Origin: Lama glama
Lineage: Eukaryota
DNA: 64,000 nt
Assembly: GCA_028534125.1 (NCBI GenBank)
Contig: CM052818.1
Location: forward strand, 22,260,001-22,324,000
Reading direction: 5' to 3'
Positions 12,748 through 24,614 of the stretch are shown piece by piece (position 1 is the stretch's first letter; every line of letters begins with the position of its first letter). Made by a program: the position numbers and the translations under genes. The notes beneath the pieces were generated by a model. It was given only the letters and a program-made list of their open reading frames with translations, did not search any database and was not told the DNA's origin.

Positions 12748-12925
12748 TAAGGTTGCCAGATTTAGCAAATAAAAATACAGGACACTCAGTTAAATTTGAA
12801 TTTCAGATAAACCACGAAGAACTTTTTTTGTAAAACTATGCCCCATGCAGTATTTGGGACATACGTATACTCAAAAGGTGTTCTTTGTTTACCTAAAATT
12901 CGAATTTAACTGGGCATCTTTTGTT
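12748..12925. mobile_element. MER53 palindromic MITE
   Basis: ggttgccagatttagcaaataaaaatacagg...cagttaaatttgaattt...tatttgggacatac...aattcgaatttaactggg matches recalled MER53 consensus and shows internal inverted symmetry. Confidence 0.85.
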
Positions 12926-15639
12926 TCTCTCCAGTGGGCTCTTTTTGCTCCGCCATTCCAAGGAGGGCATCTGAAAGTGTAAGGATAAAGATCAGTAGGA
13001 GTTGTAAGCGACACTTACCCACTAGTAAGCACTGCCCACACACTGCCAGTCACCTCAGCCCCCAAACCTAGAGGACATGCCCCTTTTGTACCTCCTCCCT
13101 CCTCACACCTTCTTCCCTACTTCTGAGCTCAGGCCTCACTTCCTACCCCTGAGCTTTGTCTCCTTTAGTTTGTGGCTTTCCCCTACCCTCGCCTCTCCTC
13201 CTCCTTTTTCCTCATATTGCTCTCACTGGTCCAGAACATGTAATTAAAGTTTACATATTTGAGTGTTGGTTGTACTTACTAAATAAGGTTGTATGTTCCT
13301 TGGTGTAATTTAAATAGCAGGGGAATTTAACTTTGTGTGTGTGTTTCATTTTCCTTTTATTGATAGGTGGCCTTAAGTTTATTTTTAGCTACGTGAATCA
13401 TTGACCTTCACCTTGAGTGGGAAGAAAGGTCTCCCATTTCCGGAATGAGCTCATATGCATCTCCCTAAGACGGATGCCAACAGGAAGGAGGGGAGTGGAA
13501 TAGATTTAAGTGGGGGGACAAAAAGGGATCCCACTAAGTTGACCCATTCAGGGACGAGGCTCAGAAGCCTCCTGTACTGCCCCACAGCCGAGACTTTCTG
13601 GATTGGGCCCGGCTGCCCAGGGTTGGGTACTCTTCTCTCCTCTTTGTGACTGATCACCTGACTCCTCCCCAGGGAGTTGCAGCCTCTAACAAACAGTGAA
13701 GAGCATGGCTGGGGCTAATTGCTGGGGTCCCCCCTTCACCCAGGCATTCTGCTTCTGTTCTCTGCCTCTCCCCATGGGAGCTGACACTTGAAGGAAACTA
13801 TTCTAGCTCCCTCCCCAACATAGGTGGGATCTGGGCAGTTCTCTGAGCTCCCTCTGCATTAGAGCCTCTGGTTTCTCATTGCTGCCCTGAGGTTCTCTGA
13901 TTTCTGTCTTCTTCATTCTCTCCCTGCCTTTGTGTCTCGGTCCCCATTCTCCACCCACCAACAGAGGGCCCATGACTGAGGAGGTCCTTTCCCATCAGAG
14001 GAGACCTTTGAAGGGCAGCACCAACTTGGAGAGAGAATAGTGATCTAGGCATTAGAGTCGCCTCCATCCTGAATTCGTTGGCTCTACTCTCTTGGCCTCA
14101 GTTTTGTCATCTGTAAAATGGGGCTGATCACATATCTCATGGAATAGCTGTATTAAAATATGAAGAAAAACAAATGTCAGAAAGGACACCCCATTCCATC
14201 CTCAGTCAAAATGCTAAATGATATTCCTTTAATGCTGGCAAACTAGAAACTTGCTATTTGTTATAGAGTCCTTTTCATTCACCCAGAGACCCTTACCACT
14301 TTACTTTGGAGGCTTCTTTTAATTCCTTCTGTCATAGAGTCATGAACATATGGGTATTCTTTCCCACCTCTCTTTTCAGGCAGGGGAGAATCTGAAGGAG
14401 GCTGAAGGAATAGATAAGTCCCCCTTGACATTCCAGCCTGTGATTCAGTAGAAAGGTGTTTGGCTCTGTCAGAAGTTTGACCTAACGTTTATGACCGAGT
14501 TGGGACATCTTCTTCACTTTGTCAAGCAGGCAGCTGAGTTTGATGTCAACACATGCCAATGGCCAGCGCTCCTCAAAGGCTTTTCGTTCAGCTGGGATGG
14601 GATTGAAATGACAAAACCTCCCCCACGCAGAGCCTGCTGCCTTTTGCTGGACAAAGTCACGTGGGGCACTGAGAGCAGAGGCTGCACTCCAGCTAGAGCC
14701 CGATCACGAGGGCGGCCCAAGAACCTGGGCTTCCCAGAGCGCGAGGGACGTGGAATATTCGAGGCCACAGCATTAGGACTTTGAGACTGGGACAGAGCTC
14801 ATGCGTTCCCTTGGTTGCAGCCGTGCGGGGCTTCAGCCAGAGCCTGGTCTCAGCAGTCACCCCGCTCACCTTGCGGTTCTTTTCTGTCCACACCTTCGAG
14901 GCAGCCACACCGCTGGGGAAAAACAATGGAAGTCAGCCACACCCGTGGAAATCCATGTCAGGGAGGGAAGGCAGGGGCAGATCAAAGCCTCTGTAACCCA
15001 AGAATTCCTCAGCAGCTCCTGGTCCCTTAATAATTATGGTTTGGAGATTTGCCAGAGAGCAAAACCACTTAGCATGCCATGTTTAACAATGAACAGTTTT
15101 CTGTGTTCATAATAGTCACTGTGCAGAGCAAATAGGCACCTTGAACAAAGGGTAGGATATTTATGTGTGTATATAAAATCACCCGCACCACCTTAAACCA
15201 AAGCATGTCTGCAAGGAAGAATGCGGCACTCCCCTCTGTGCTGTACCTGTTTTATGAGTAAGTTGGAGAAAGGCTACACGTCCTGCCCCCATCCCCACCT
15301 CCCTGCATTAAAAACAAAAACCTTTGTTTAACTCAGAATTTTCCAGGCTTATTTAATATCCAAATCTTTTTTTCTTTTTTTCCCTTTTTCCTTTGCTTGG
15401 TTTTGGAGTTTGGAGTTTTCTGTTTTAAGTATCTACAAACATTCTAATAAGCCAGCATCCCAGGGGAAACTTTTTTGGGAAATGATGGCCAAAGAGGGTA
15501 GGAAGCGGGGATTTTGACCAGTGGGAAGATGGAAAAAACAAGTCCCACCCTTAGAGGTGACGAAGAGGATAGCTGGAACCCAGGTCTGTACAGCAGGTTG
15601 GCAAACCCCACTCCTTGGACCCTGTCTCTCTGTGTTATT

Positions 15640-18560
15640 GTTCAGTTAGTCATTCATTTGACAAACACTTGTTAGTGGGAGAAATTGGAGAAGAATGGCT
15701 TCTTAGATGAAAGTTCATTATGACTGAAGCTTAAAGGTTAGATATAATTTGAGTGAGAGAAGATGGAAAAGATGGGGAGCCTTCCAGAAAGACAGAGATG
15801 GCCAAGTGTGAGGCATATTCAGGAAAGGAATAAATTAGTGTACAAGCCTTCATATGCGAGTAGGGTGGGGTGAGAGGAAAGATGGGATGCAGCCGAGGAT
15901 CTCCGGACCAAGCAGGACTCTCACATGCAAAGGACGAAAAGTCTGACCCAACCCACTCCAGCACAGCGGGGCACAGTGGATCATGTGACTTGAGAGTTCT
16001 GGAGCCAATTCAAGGGCTCAGACAGTGTCCCAGGGACCTGGTTTCTCACCGTTTTTCTTCTCTGCTCTTCATTGGTTCTGTTTTCAGATAAGCTCTCACT
16101 TCCCTTGGAGTTGTCAGATGGCTGTAACTGCTCTAGCCTTCACATCTTTGTGTAATCAAGGCCTGTATCAGTAAAGTCTCTTGACTTTTAAATGCTTTTT
16201 TAATGGCTGTAGTTGGGTTCCAGGCCTCTCCTGGAACTAATTTCTGAAGCAGGGAACATGATGCCCTGATTGGCTTAGACCTGGGGCAGGTGCCCATGGC
16301 TGGAGTTGGAGGGGGAGTTAGCCACACCCAAAGCACATGGACTAAAGGTGTGGAGGGGCTGGCTGTCTAGGGGAAGGTTGGGACACAGCTATCTAGAGAA
16401 GGTGAATGGAAGCTAGGCCACAAAAACAACAGACGTCCACTAAAAGCCCAGAGTGCCAGGGCAAAGAATCTGGATATCATTTGCACCAGAGAACCAGTAA
16501 AAATTTTTAACAAATAAGTAACATGATCAGAGCTATACATTAAGATTAATTCAGCTACAGTTTAATAGCTGCCATGTGCTTGGCAGATGGTAGGGGCTCA
16601 ATAAATATATATTGAAAGAGAGAGACGGATGGATGGGGTTTTTAGTAATTAAAGGTAGAGAGCATTCTTAGTAGGTCATCGTAGTAGCCTGGGAGGGAAG
16701 CTAGTAAAGGAATTCCCATCAAGAAAACTAAGAGGTTCCATTGTCATGAAGCCACATAAGGAGGAACTATCAAGAGGACAGGGTTGGTCAACCATCCCAG
16801 TCACCATCAAAAGGTCAGGTCAAGGAGCATCAGGACTGAAGAAATGTCACAAGTGAGTTTTGAGAGAGAAGGTCCAGTAGTGGAGAGGTCAGAAACCTAC
16901 TTCAAGGAGTTTAAAAGTAAGTAGGAGGCCACTCTGTAACATCATCTCTCTTCTCATCTGACCCCCTTCAGACTCAGCCACAAATGCCCCTTCACCTCCA
17001 CACCTTCTTCATGTAGCACCTGATGCCAGCCCTATGACCCCTCTCCAGCCACATGCCCTTTTCTGCCATGTGTCTTTAGGGCCCTCCTTCTCCCTCTCCA
17101 GGCTGTCTCTCATATAAATATTGACATTACTCCCTCATCCTCAAACCACATTTCCTAGTCCCTGCTCTGCCTTCAAGCTAATATTTCAAAAGAATCATTA
17201 GAAAACTGAAGTTGGGGAGGACAGATATTTGAGCTTATATTGAATGTCTTTTTTAGAAGACAAGATTATCTGGAAGAATGAGTAGTTAGGGAGTAGGATG
17301 GAGGAACAGGGAGACAGTTGGAACAGTTTATATAGAGGTTCAGTTAGGAGTCACCAAAAAAAAAAAATGAATGAAACAATAGCACAGCCAGGGGGCAGGG
17401 AGACGCCAGCTGAAATGAAAGAGCATGGATGTGCAGAGAGCCTGAGGACCAGACCCCTCCCTTCGGTGGGAATCAGTGGCTCACGGTGAATCAGGAGATG
17501 ATGTGAGGAGAGGTGGCTATGGAGCACAGTTGAGCCTGGAATGAGATCAGATTGACAAGGGAAATGGGGGCTAGGAAGAGCATCACAGACCCAGGGAGCC
17601 CAGGATATTTGTAGAGAGAGGCAAGTGATGGCCTAAGAGAAGGGGCAGGGTCAAGGATGGGATCAGGATTAGGGTGACGGGGTAGTTAGTTTCAGTGGAA
17701 GAAGTGGAAGGTTAAACAATTGTTTTAGGGTTATTAGGGAGGCTGTGTGGCGTCGGCCGTAGTGTATAGACTGTGTGGTTTAAATCTCATATCCTTACCT
17801 TTGTCTCTGCTTACCTCGTGGGTAAAATGGGTCTCATAGTACCTTTAAAAGGTCGTTGTAATTAATACATATGTAATTAATTTATGTGAAGTACTTATGA
17901 TAGTGCTTACACATAACAAGTGCTCAATAAATGTCAGCGATGATGACTTTCACTTAAAAGTGTTAGAGTTTGAGATCTTGAAGTTGAAAGAATTGTAAGT
18001 AATGACAAGGTCTCGGATGCCGTCATGGTTATTGGGAGTGAAGTGAAATTGGAGATGGAGAGTATTGGAATTGAAGAGGTTGGAGAATAGTGAAACCAAG
18101 CACTGGGAGGGATATCTTTATGGATGTTCAAGTCACCAGTCAGGTGGCGGTGACTCTGCGTCATTGAGAAAGGCCTGGTCTCTAGTTAAGGTTGACGAGA
18201 ACAGGGAGTGGTTAGTATGGACTTGGAAAGAAGAGAGATTGTTGAGTGAGAAGGAGAGGCAGTCTGGAAGTGGCAGGAGGTGTATGCTGATTGTCCTGAG
18301 TCAGAGACTGAGGGAGGGAAAGACCAGCATCTACTAGAAAGTTAGGAGTGTGGGAGCTTCCACCAGGAGGAGAAAGAAACAGGGAAAGGGTGAAAAATAT
18401 GGAGAATTTGCTCACAGTAGAACAGATTTTGATGGAGAAGAGCTGTTTTTCATAATAGCTTTTAAGAAAAACCATTCCCCAAACCTGGGGGCAAGTTGGA
18501 ATAAGGCGTGAGGGTAGGGAGGCAGTGGAAAGGAGGCTTCAGAGTAGATTCCTGAGAACG
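15640..18560. mobile_element. Cluster of L2 fragments with an MLT1-like LTR (~15960-16440) and a MIR (~17735-17935)
   Basis: Purine-rich antisense L2 text, L2 tail (ctcaataaatat...gaaag), MLT1-type ctgattggcttagacctgg and MIR core gtaaaatggg...aagtgctcaataaatg. Confidence 0.55.
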
Positions 18561-19489
18561 CCATTAGAAGGAAGCCCTGTTCCCTCACCTTGATTGTAAA
18601 ATGGGTGACCTTACACAAGGTGGCTCAGGATTGTGTGCCGGTCTCTGGAGCTGGACGCCATTACCTGACGGCCCACCCACATCCCTGGGGGGTACCACTG
18701 GGCGCTCTGACAGGTAGAGGGACCAGGAGAGCTGGGATTGGGGGCTTCTGTTTTTAGAGAGCAAATGGCTTTTAAAGGGAAGGAAACAAGACACCAGCAA
18801 GCTTCCTGGCTGCGTTCTCTTCCAAGAGTGCTGCTCTGTAATGTAATTGTATTCAGACATTTTTTTTGCATGACATCAGGGAATAGCCTCCCTTAAAAGC
18901 TTTCATGAAAAAGCACAACTATAAAACAGACCCAGGCAATGAAATGGAAACCAGACGTGTGGGTCTGTGTAATTTGGGTAAAGAGATTTCTCCTTACAGC
19001 TTTGTGATCTGATCGTTCTCTGCATAAAACTCTATTTCACGGGATCCACTTACATACGAGCTTACCTTGCAGGTGCCTCTAGACGTAAAGCGTCTTGCTT
19101 TATTACTGAACGTGATGAGGCTTAGGAAAACAAGGGTTCCCGCCTCAGTGGCTGTTCAGACCACCCTCCCAGGATTGCAGCCTTTCTAGTGCTCCAAGTC
19201 CTACACCTCTCCTGTGTGAGCCAACACCAGCCGCGAGGAGGGAGGGCCAGCCCTCTTCCCTCTTGCTCCTTTTACCCCCAGGTGCACTATCTCTCCACCC
19301 CTCACACCTCTGCTCTGAGTTAGTCTTTGGGAAATGTGTCCTGGGGAGTAAGACTCATTGAAGAGCTCCTTTCTTACCCACCCCTTTTATTTAAAGCCAC
19401 AGGGGCACAGAATTGAATTACCCACTGTCCCCTGTTCCCGGCACACTCTGGCTCCATTCCCAAGGAGGTCTTTCCTTTTTTGCATTTTG

Positions 19490-20070
19490 TTGTTGTTGTT
19501 GTTAAGGTGAAATTCACATGACATACAGTTAACCATTTTAAAGCATGCTATTCAATGGCATTTAGTGATTCATAATGTGCAACCATCACCACCCTCTAGT
19601 TCCAGAACATTTTCATCACCCTCCCCAAAAGCCCATGTCCATTAAACAGTCACTTCCTATCCTCCCCTCCCAGCCACTGGCAACCACCAGTCTGCTTTCT
19701 GTATCCATCAGTTTTCCTATGCTGGCGATTTCATATAAATGGAATCATATGACCTTTTGTGCTTGGCCTTTTTCACTAGGCATAACGTTTACAAGTTTCA
19801 TCCGTATTGTAGCTTATATAACTACTTCATTTATTTTTATGCCCAAGTAATATTCAGTTGTATGGATGTATCATATTTTGTGTATCTACTCATCCAATGA
19901 TGGACATTTGAGTTCTTTCCACCTTTTGACTGTTATGAATAGTGCTCCTGTGAATATTCATGTGCAAGTTGTTGTTTGAGTGCTTATTTTCAGTTCTTCT
20001 TGATAATTACTTCGGAGTGGAATTGCTGGATTGTATGATAATTCCATGTTTAACTTTTTGAGGAACTGGA
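19490..20070 (-). mobile_element. LINE1 (L1M-type) 3' end
   Basis: Antisense L1 3'UTR text (gtgcaaccatcaccacc...ccactggcaaccaccagtctgc...tggacatttgagtt...tttttgaggaactg). Confidence 0.85.
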
Positions 20071-21264
20071 GGTCCTTTCTTAATGGATTCTCCTAGGTCT
20101 ACTCTGACAAGGAATAGCAGGCATGTACCACCCCATCCTTACCCTCTAAGACACAGTGACCTCATTCTACTACATCTGGAAAGAAACGGAAGGAATGAGG
20201 CTGAGGAACCAGGAGTCTCTCTGGAAATGAAGAGGTCATCAAGGAGATGCTGAAAAGTTTGGATTCAGGCAAGGGAAGAACTTAGAAAGGGATTCAACAA
20301 CCCAGAATGAAGGAAAATGTGAAGTTAAAACACGTGTGCCTGGTGTGGCCAGTCCACTAGTGATAAAGGTGTAATACAGGAGAGCATGGACTTATTTACT
20401 CCTATAATTATGGGGACGGGGGAGCCAGGCAGAAAGAGCCTTTCATGCTAAAGAGTTAAGGCACTTGGGCTCTGAGGAGCCACTGTAGACTTTTAAAAAG
20501 GAAGTGTTAGAAAGATTGCCTGGACCACAGGGTAGAGGATGGCTTGAAGAGAAGGAGGCCAAGATTAGAAGCACAAAGGCTGGTTGGAAGGTTGCCATTG
20601 TTCTAAAAGGAAGACTGGTGAGGGGGAACCTCAGAGCGGCAGTGGGGATGGAGGGGTACAATTGTCGGACAGGTAACTGTGGATATAGAGGTGAGGGCCA
20701 GGGATGGGGTGCCACTATGAAGAGAGGGCGGGAAGTAGCCAAGGAGAGAGTGCCAAAGCCCTGCCCACACTGCCAGAGACTGGATTCAGATGAACAGTGG
20801 AGGCCATGCGTTTAGGGACAGGAAGGTTGTGGGAACAGGCCAGACTGCTCCTTGAGTGAGGACCAAATTGAGAGGATACTCTCCTCCTTTCTCTCCCTTC
20901 AAAATGAGTTCACTGTGTTTTGACCTCAACATTTTTACTTGGAGGACATTGCAACTCCATGTAAATACAAATTTTTTTTTAATCTGAATGATATCAACAT
21001 TGATAAATTTTCATCAGGGAATTATTTTCCAGTGTAACTGCATCAAGCCAATTTAATTCCGTGATCGATTTTCTATATAGAGCCATTAAAATGTTATAAT
21101 GGTCTCCCTTTTTATTAATTCTTTTCTCTAAAAAATTTGGCAGTGAATATTTGCTTTTTGGTCCAAATTTTGTCAATAAGAGTTTCACCATACTTGGTTT
21201 TCAATTTTGTCAGGATTTTTGGTTTGTGTTTGTGTGTTTGTTCCCACCGTCACATTTCCCCCCA

Positions 21265-21335
21265 GTTGTCATTGTCGTTGTTGTTGTTGTTGTTGTCGTT
21301 GTTGTCGTTGTCGTTGTTGTCATTGTCGTTGTTAC
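21265..21335. repeat. (GTT/GTC)n trinucleotide repeat
   Basis: gttgtcattgtcgttgttgttgttgttgttgtcgttgttgtcgttgtcgttgttgtcattgtcgttgtt. Confidence 0.9.
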
Positions 21336-22111
21336 TATCTGCAGTTTTGAGTGTTACTAACAAAATGACTTCTTTGGTCAGTTACTGTGAATTTTATCTC
21401 GTGCTATTTAGCCATTGTCAGTTTAGGTTTATGTGGATTGTTTTGACCAGTAGCATTCGTGGCAAAATCAAAACATCTTCAAGGTCAAAAACAACCTGCT
21501 GCTTCCCAGGGTTCCTCTTCTGCCTAACCCCTCCTCCCACCCTCCCTCGGAAGGACTGATACCGAAAGCAAAGGAGCCGATCTGGGCAGTGGATTCCAGG
21601 GTCTTAAAACCCTTAAGACCCAGATGCTCTTCCCAGCAGCTCATTTTAATCCATCCTGCCACAGTTTGATCTTTCCTCCTTTTTAGCTGCTAAAAACCCA
21701 GAGCCTCACTGCTCTGTATTCTCTGAATTGTCATCTCTTCCTTGGCTTGTTCTTAGAAAGAGATGTTTTCTGTGGCCTCTCCCTCCCCTTTCCTCTTCCT
21801 GGGTTTTCTAGCCTCAGTTACTCCACTTCCATCAGCCCAGGGCCATGGCAGCAGGCGGTTTCCGTCACCTTTGGAAGGCAGACAGCAGTCCCTGGGAAGC
21901 TGCCGGGGAATTTTGGTCACAGATAGGAAAGGCCTTGAGAAATGTGGGAGTGAATCCCATTTCAAGACACAAAATTCCCAGAAACTTTGAAATCCCAGAC
22001 ACTTATATTTTGAGCACTGTTTATAAATGTTAAATTAACTTTGTGAGTTTAGGAGTCATTTATACCTTGATTTGCTTGTTATATTACAATGGGCTGTCTT
22101 TGTTCTGTTTA

Positions 22112-22230
22112 TCTATTTATTTTTTTAAAGAATATCTTTTTTTTCTTTTTGAATGAAGGTGCTGGGGTTTGAACCCAGTACCTCATGCATGCTAAGCATG
22201 TGCTCTACCACTGAGCTATACCCCCCACCT
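22112..22230 (-). mobile_element. tRNA-derived SINE (camelid Vic-type) with target-site duplication
   Basis: Antisense tatagctcagtggtagagcacatgcttagcatgcatgagg...gggttcaaacccc. TSD tctttgttct at 22097-22106 and 22231-22240. Confidence 0.9.
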
Positions 22231-22594
22231 TCTTTGTTCTCTTTAGAGCTCTAAAAGCTTGGGAGTGAGGAGGGGGCACCTATAAGGGAACTTTCTGGAT
22301 TCTCGAGAAGGCTGGTAAGTGAAGTGGGAAAGTTCTCAGGAGAGAAAAATTACCATCCTGAATGTTTCTGATTTCAAATTTCTAGTCTTCAGATACACTT
22401 CCGGACCATCCTCACCCACTACCTCCCCTATCCCCCCACCAATGTGATGGGGGAGCTGGGCAGCCCCCCATGTTAGAAGGAGCTCATCAATCCAAAGAGC
22501 TCAGGCTGAGAAAAAATTCCCTGTAAGAGAAAGAAATTCTAGTAGTGAAATTAACTAAAGAAAACTAGAGTGACTTTAAGGAAAGGGAAGTAGT

Positions 22595-22688
22595 GAGGAA
22601 GGAAATAGCTCAGTGACTGAGCACATGCTTAGAACTCATGTGGTCCTGGGTTCTATCCCCAGTACCTCCATTAAAAAAAAAAAAAAAA
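22595..22688 (+). mobile_element. tRNA-derived SINE (camelid Vic-type)
   Basis: atagctcagtgactgagcacatgcttag...gtcctgggttctatccccagtacctccatt followed by poly(A). Confidence 0.9.
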
Positions 22689-24409
22689 GAGGAAAAGGAA
22701 GAGAGAAATTGCAAGACCCAAACTGGAGGAATATGGACCACGCCTACAGAGCCACTGACTCTGCCCAGGCAGAGGAAGAAGAGCTGATGGCAGAAGGGGA
22801 TCTTAGGTTGTCCAGATGCCTGCAAGAGGGCTTCCCAGTCTGTTAGCAACCTCATTGTACCCCAGCTCCATCAAAGGCTCTCCCACCTGCCCTCCCTGGC
22901 TCACTAGCTCACTGGGCAGGGGCAGGGAGAGACTGGGAGAAGGGGTCAGATTGCCCCCTCCAGGAGGAGCATTTAGGGTGAGTGACCATGTAGAGAAGAA
23001 TAAAGCCCAAGGCACTTACCTTCCACGGAGAGGTGGAGGTGATCGATTGCTTAGGGAGACTCAGCAGAGTGGAATCACCAAGGTGCAGGCTGAGTGCTGG
23101 AGAGGTGCTGGAGAGGGCCCAGCCCATCTTGGGACAAGGGACTGCCTTATCACCTGGCACAGGAAGGACCTGGCTGATTTATCCTCACTGAATGGAGAAA
23201 TGCCAAGTGTGGGCCTGAGCATTTCTTATCTCGATCCAGCTTACTCCTCACTCTGCGGCCCCTTCACACACCAGGGCCCCAGGGACATGCCTTGGTTATT
23301 CTGCTCTGGAACAGCCATGGATGAAGCCCACGTGCGCCTTACTCCCTGCTGACCTTGGGAGAAAAGGGACTGTGTGTTGCACACAAAGCTGGTTGTAACT
23401 GCTGTCCCCGGAAAGGTGGAGAGGTGGTGGGTGCCCTCCCTCCTCCTCAGGTTGCAAGCCCCTAGGAGAACCAGGTCTTTTCCACAGCATTGCTGCCTGA
23501 GGGTGATACTTGTTTGAATCCATTTCTTAATCTTTGGTGTGATTGGAAGTGAACAAACGCAAATGTTTTTATAAGCTTTGAGCCGAGTGCACTGTTAACC
23601 GGCTGTAATTTAATTTATCAACCCCTCTTTAGTGGAGTCTGGCCCTACTGAATCTGAAATGCACGCTTACAACTCTTATGAAATGCTTATTTGTTTTCAT
23701 CCATATTGGCTGTATCCACTTTTAAAATCGGGGCAGGGGGGAATATACATATATATTGACCCAGTGATTTGAGGTGGGCCCACATTTTTTAAATCATAGT
23801 TATTTTAACTTTAAAAATAAAGGGTTTTTTTTTTTTTACTATATCTCTTCTATGAAATTAAAACAAAAGATTTGCTGCAGTATTCCCGGCTTCATGACAA
23901 GTCACCAGGAAAAACGTTTGCATTGGTCATGTAACTGTGTCTGTGGGAATCTCAGTCTTCGGGAGCTGGGTCTACAGGAGCTTTTGGGAACCTAGGCTGT
24001 TTGTTCCATATGAAAATAACTGGAAAATTAAGAAAAAGCAAATTCCTAATATTTGAAAGGGTTTTTTTCCCCCCAAGTATTTTTAGAATTTCAAACGATG
24101 GTGTTTTTATCCTTTCCCTGGAAAATTTTTCCACTTCCAGACAGAAAGGGCTTTGTAGCAGCCTGTTCACCCCTGTGGCTGCTTTTCCCCTTTTGTCATC
24201 TCCCTGCCCAGAGAGCTGGTGGGGAGGGGTGACCTTCCAGAAAAAGGGGGTGAGGAGGTGAGCTCCTTCTCATCTGCCCAAATAGAGACCCAGGCCCCTG
24301 GTTGCTGATGGACACTGAAGGGTTCCATCCCTCCCTGCATCTCCTGGACTTGAAGAGACTTCACTGAAAGGACCCTTTACAGTTGGGAGGGTTGTGGGGA
24401 GGGTGAAAG

Positions 24410-24614
24410 CAGGGCTTCTCAGCCTCAGCACATCAGCATTCTGGGGAGAGGGCTGTCAAGTGCATTGTAGGATGTTTAGTGTCATCCCTGGCCCCTACTC
24501 AGTGCACACCAGTAGCACCACCGCCTCTGAATTGTGACAACCAAAAACGTCTCCAGACATTGGTAAATGTTCCCTAGGAGTCGCATCCTCTCTGGCTGAG
24601 GTTGATAACCACTG
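24410..24614. mobile_element. MER20 hAT-Charlie DNA transposon
   Basis: cagggcttctcagcctcagcac...gtgcattgtaggatgtttag...gtgacaaccaaaaacgtctccagacattg...ggttgataaccactg. Confidence 0.85.

Noticed and set aside
21137..21559. ORFs with poly-Val or poly-Leu/Ser that look like signal or transmembrane segments
   Set aside because: Produced by the (GTT/GTC)n microsatellite.
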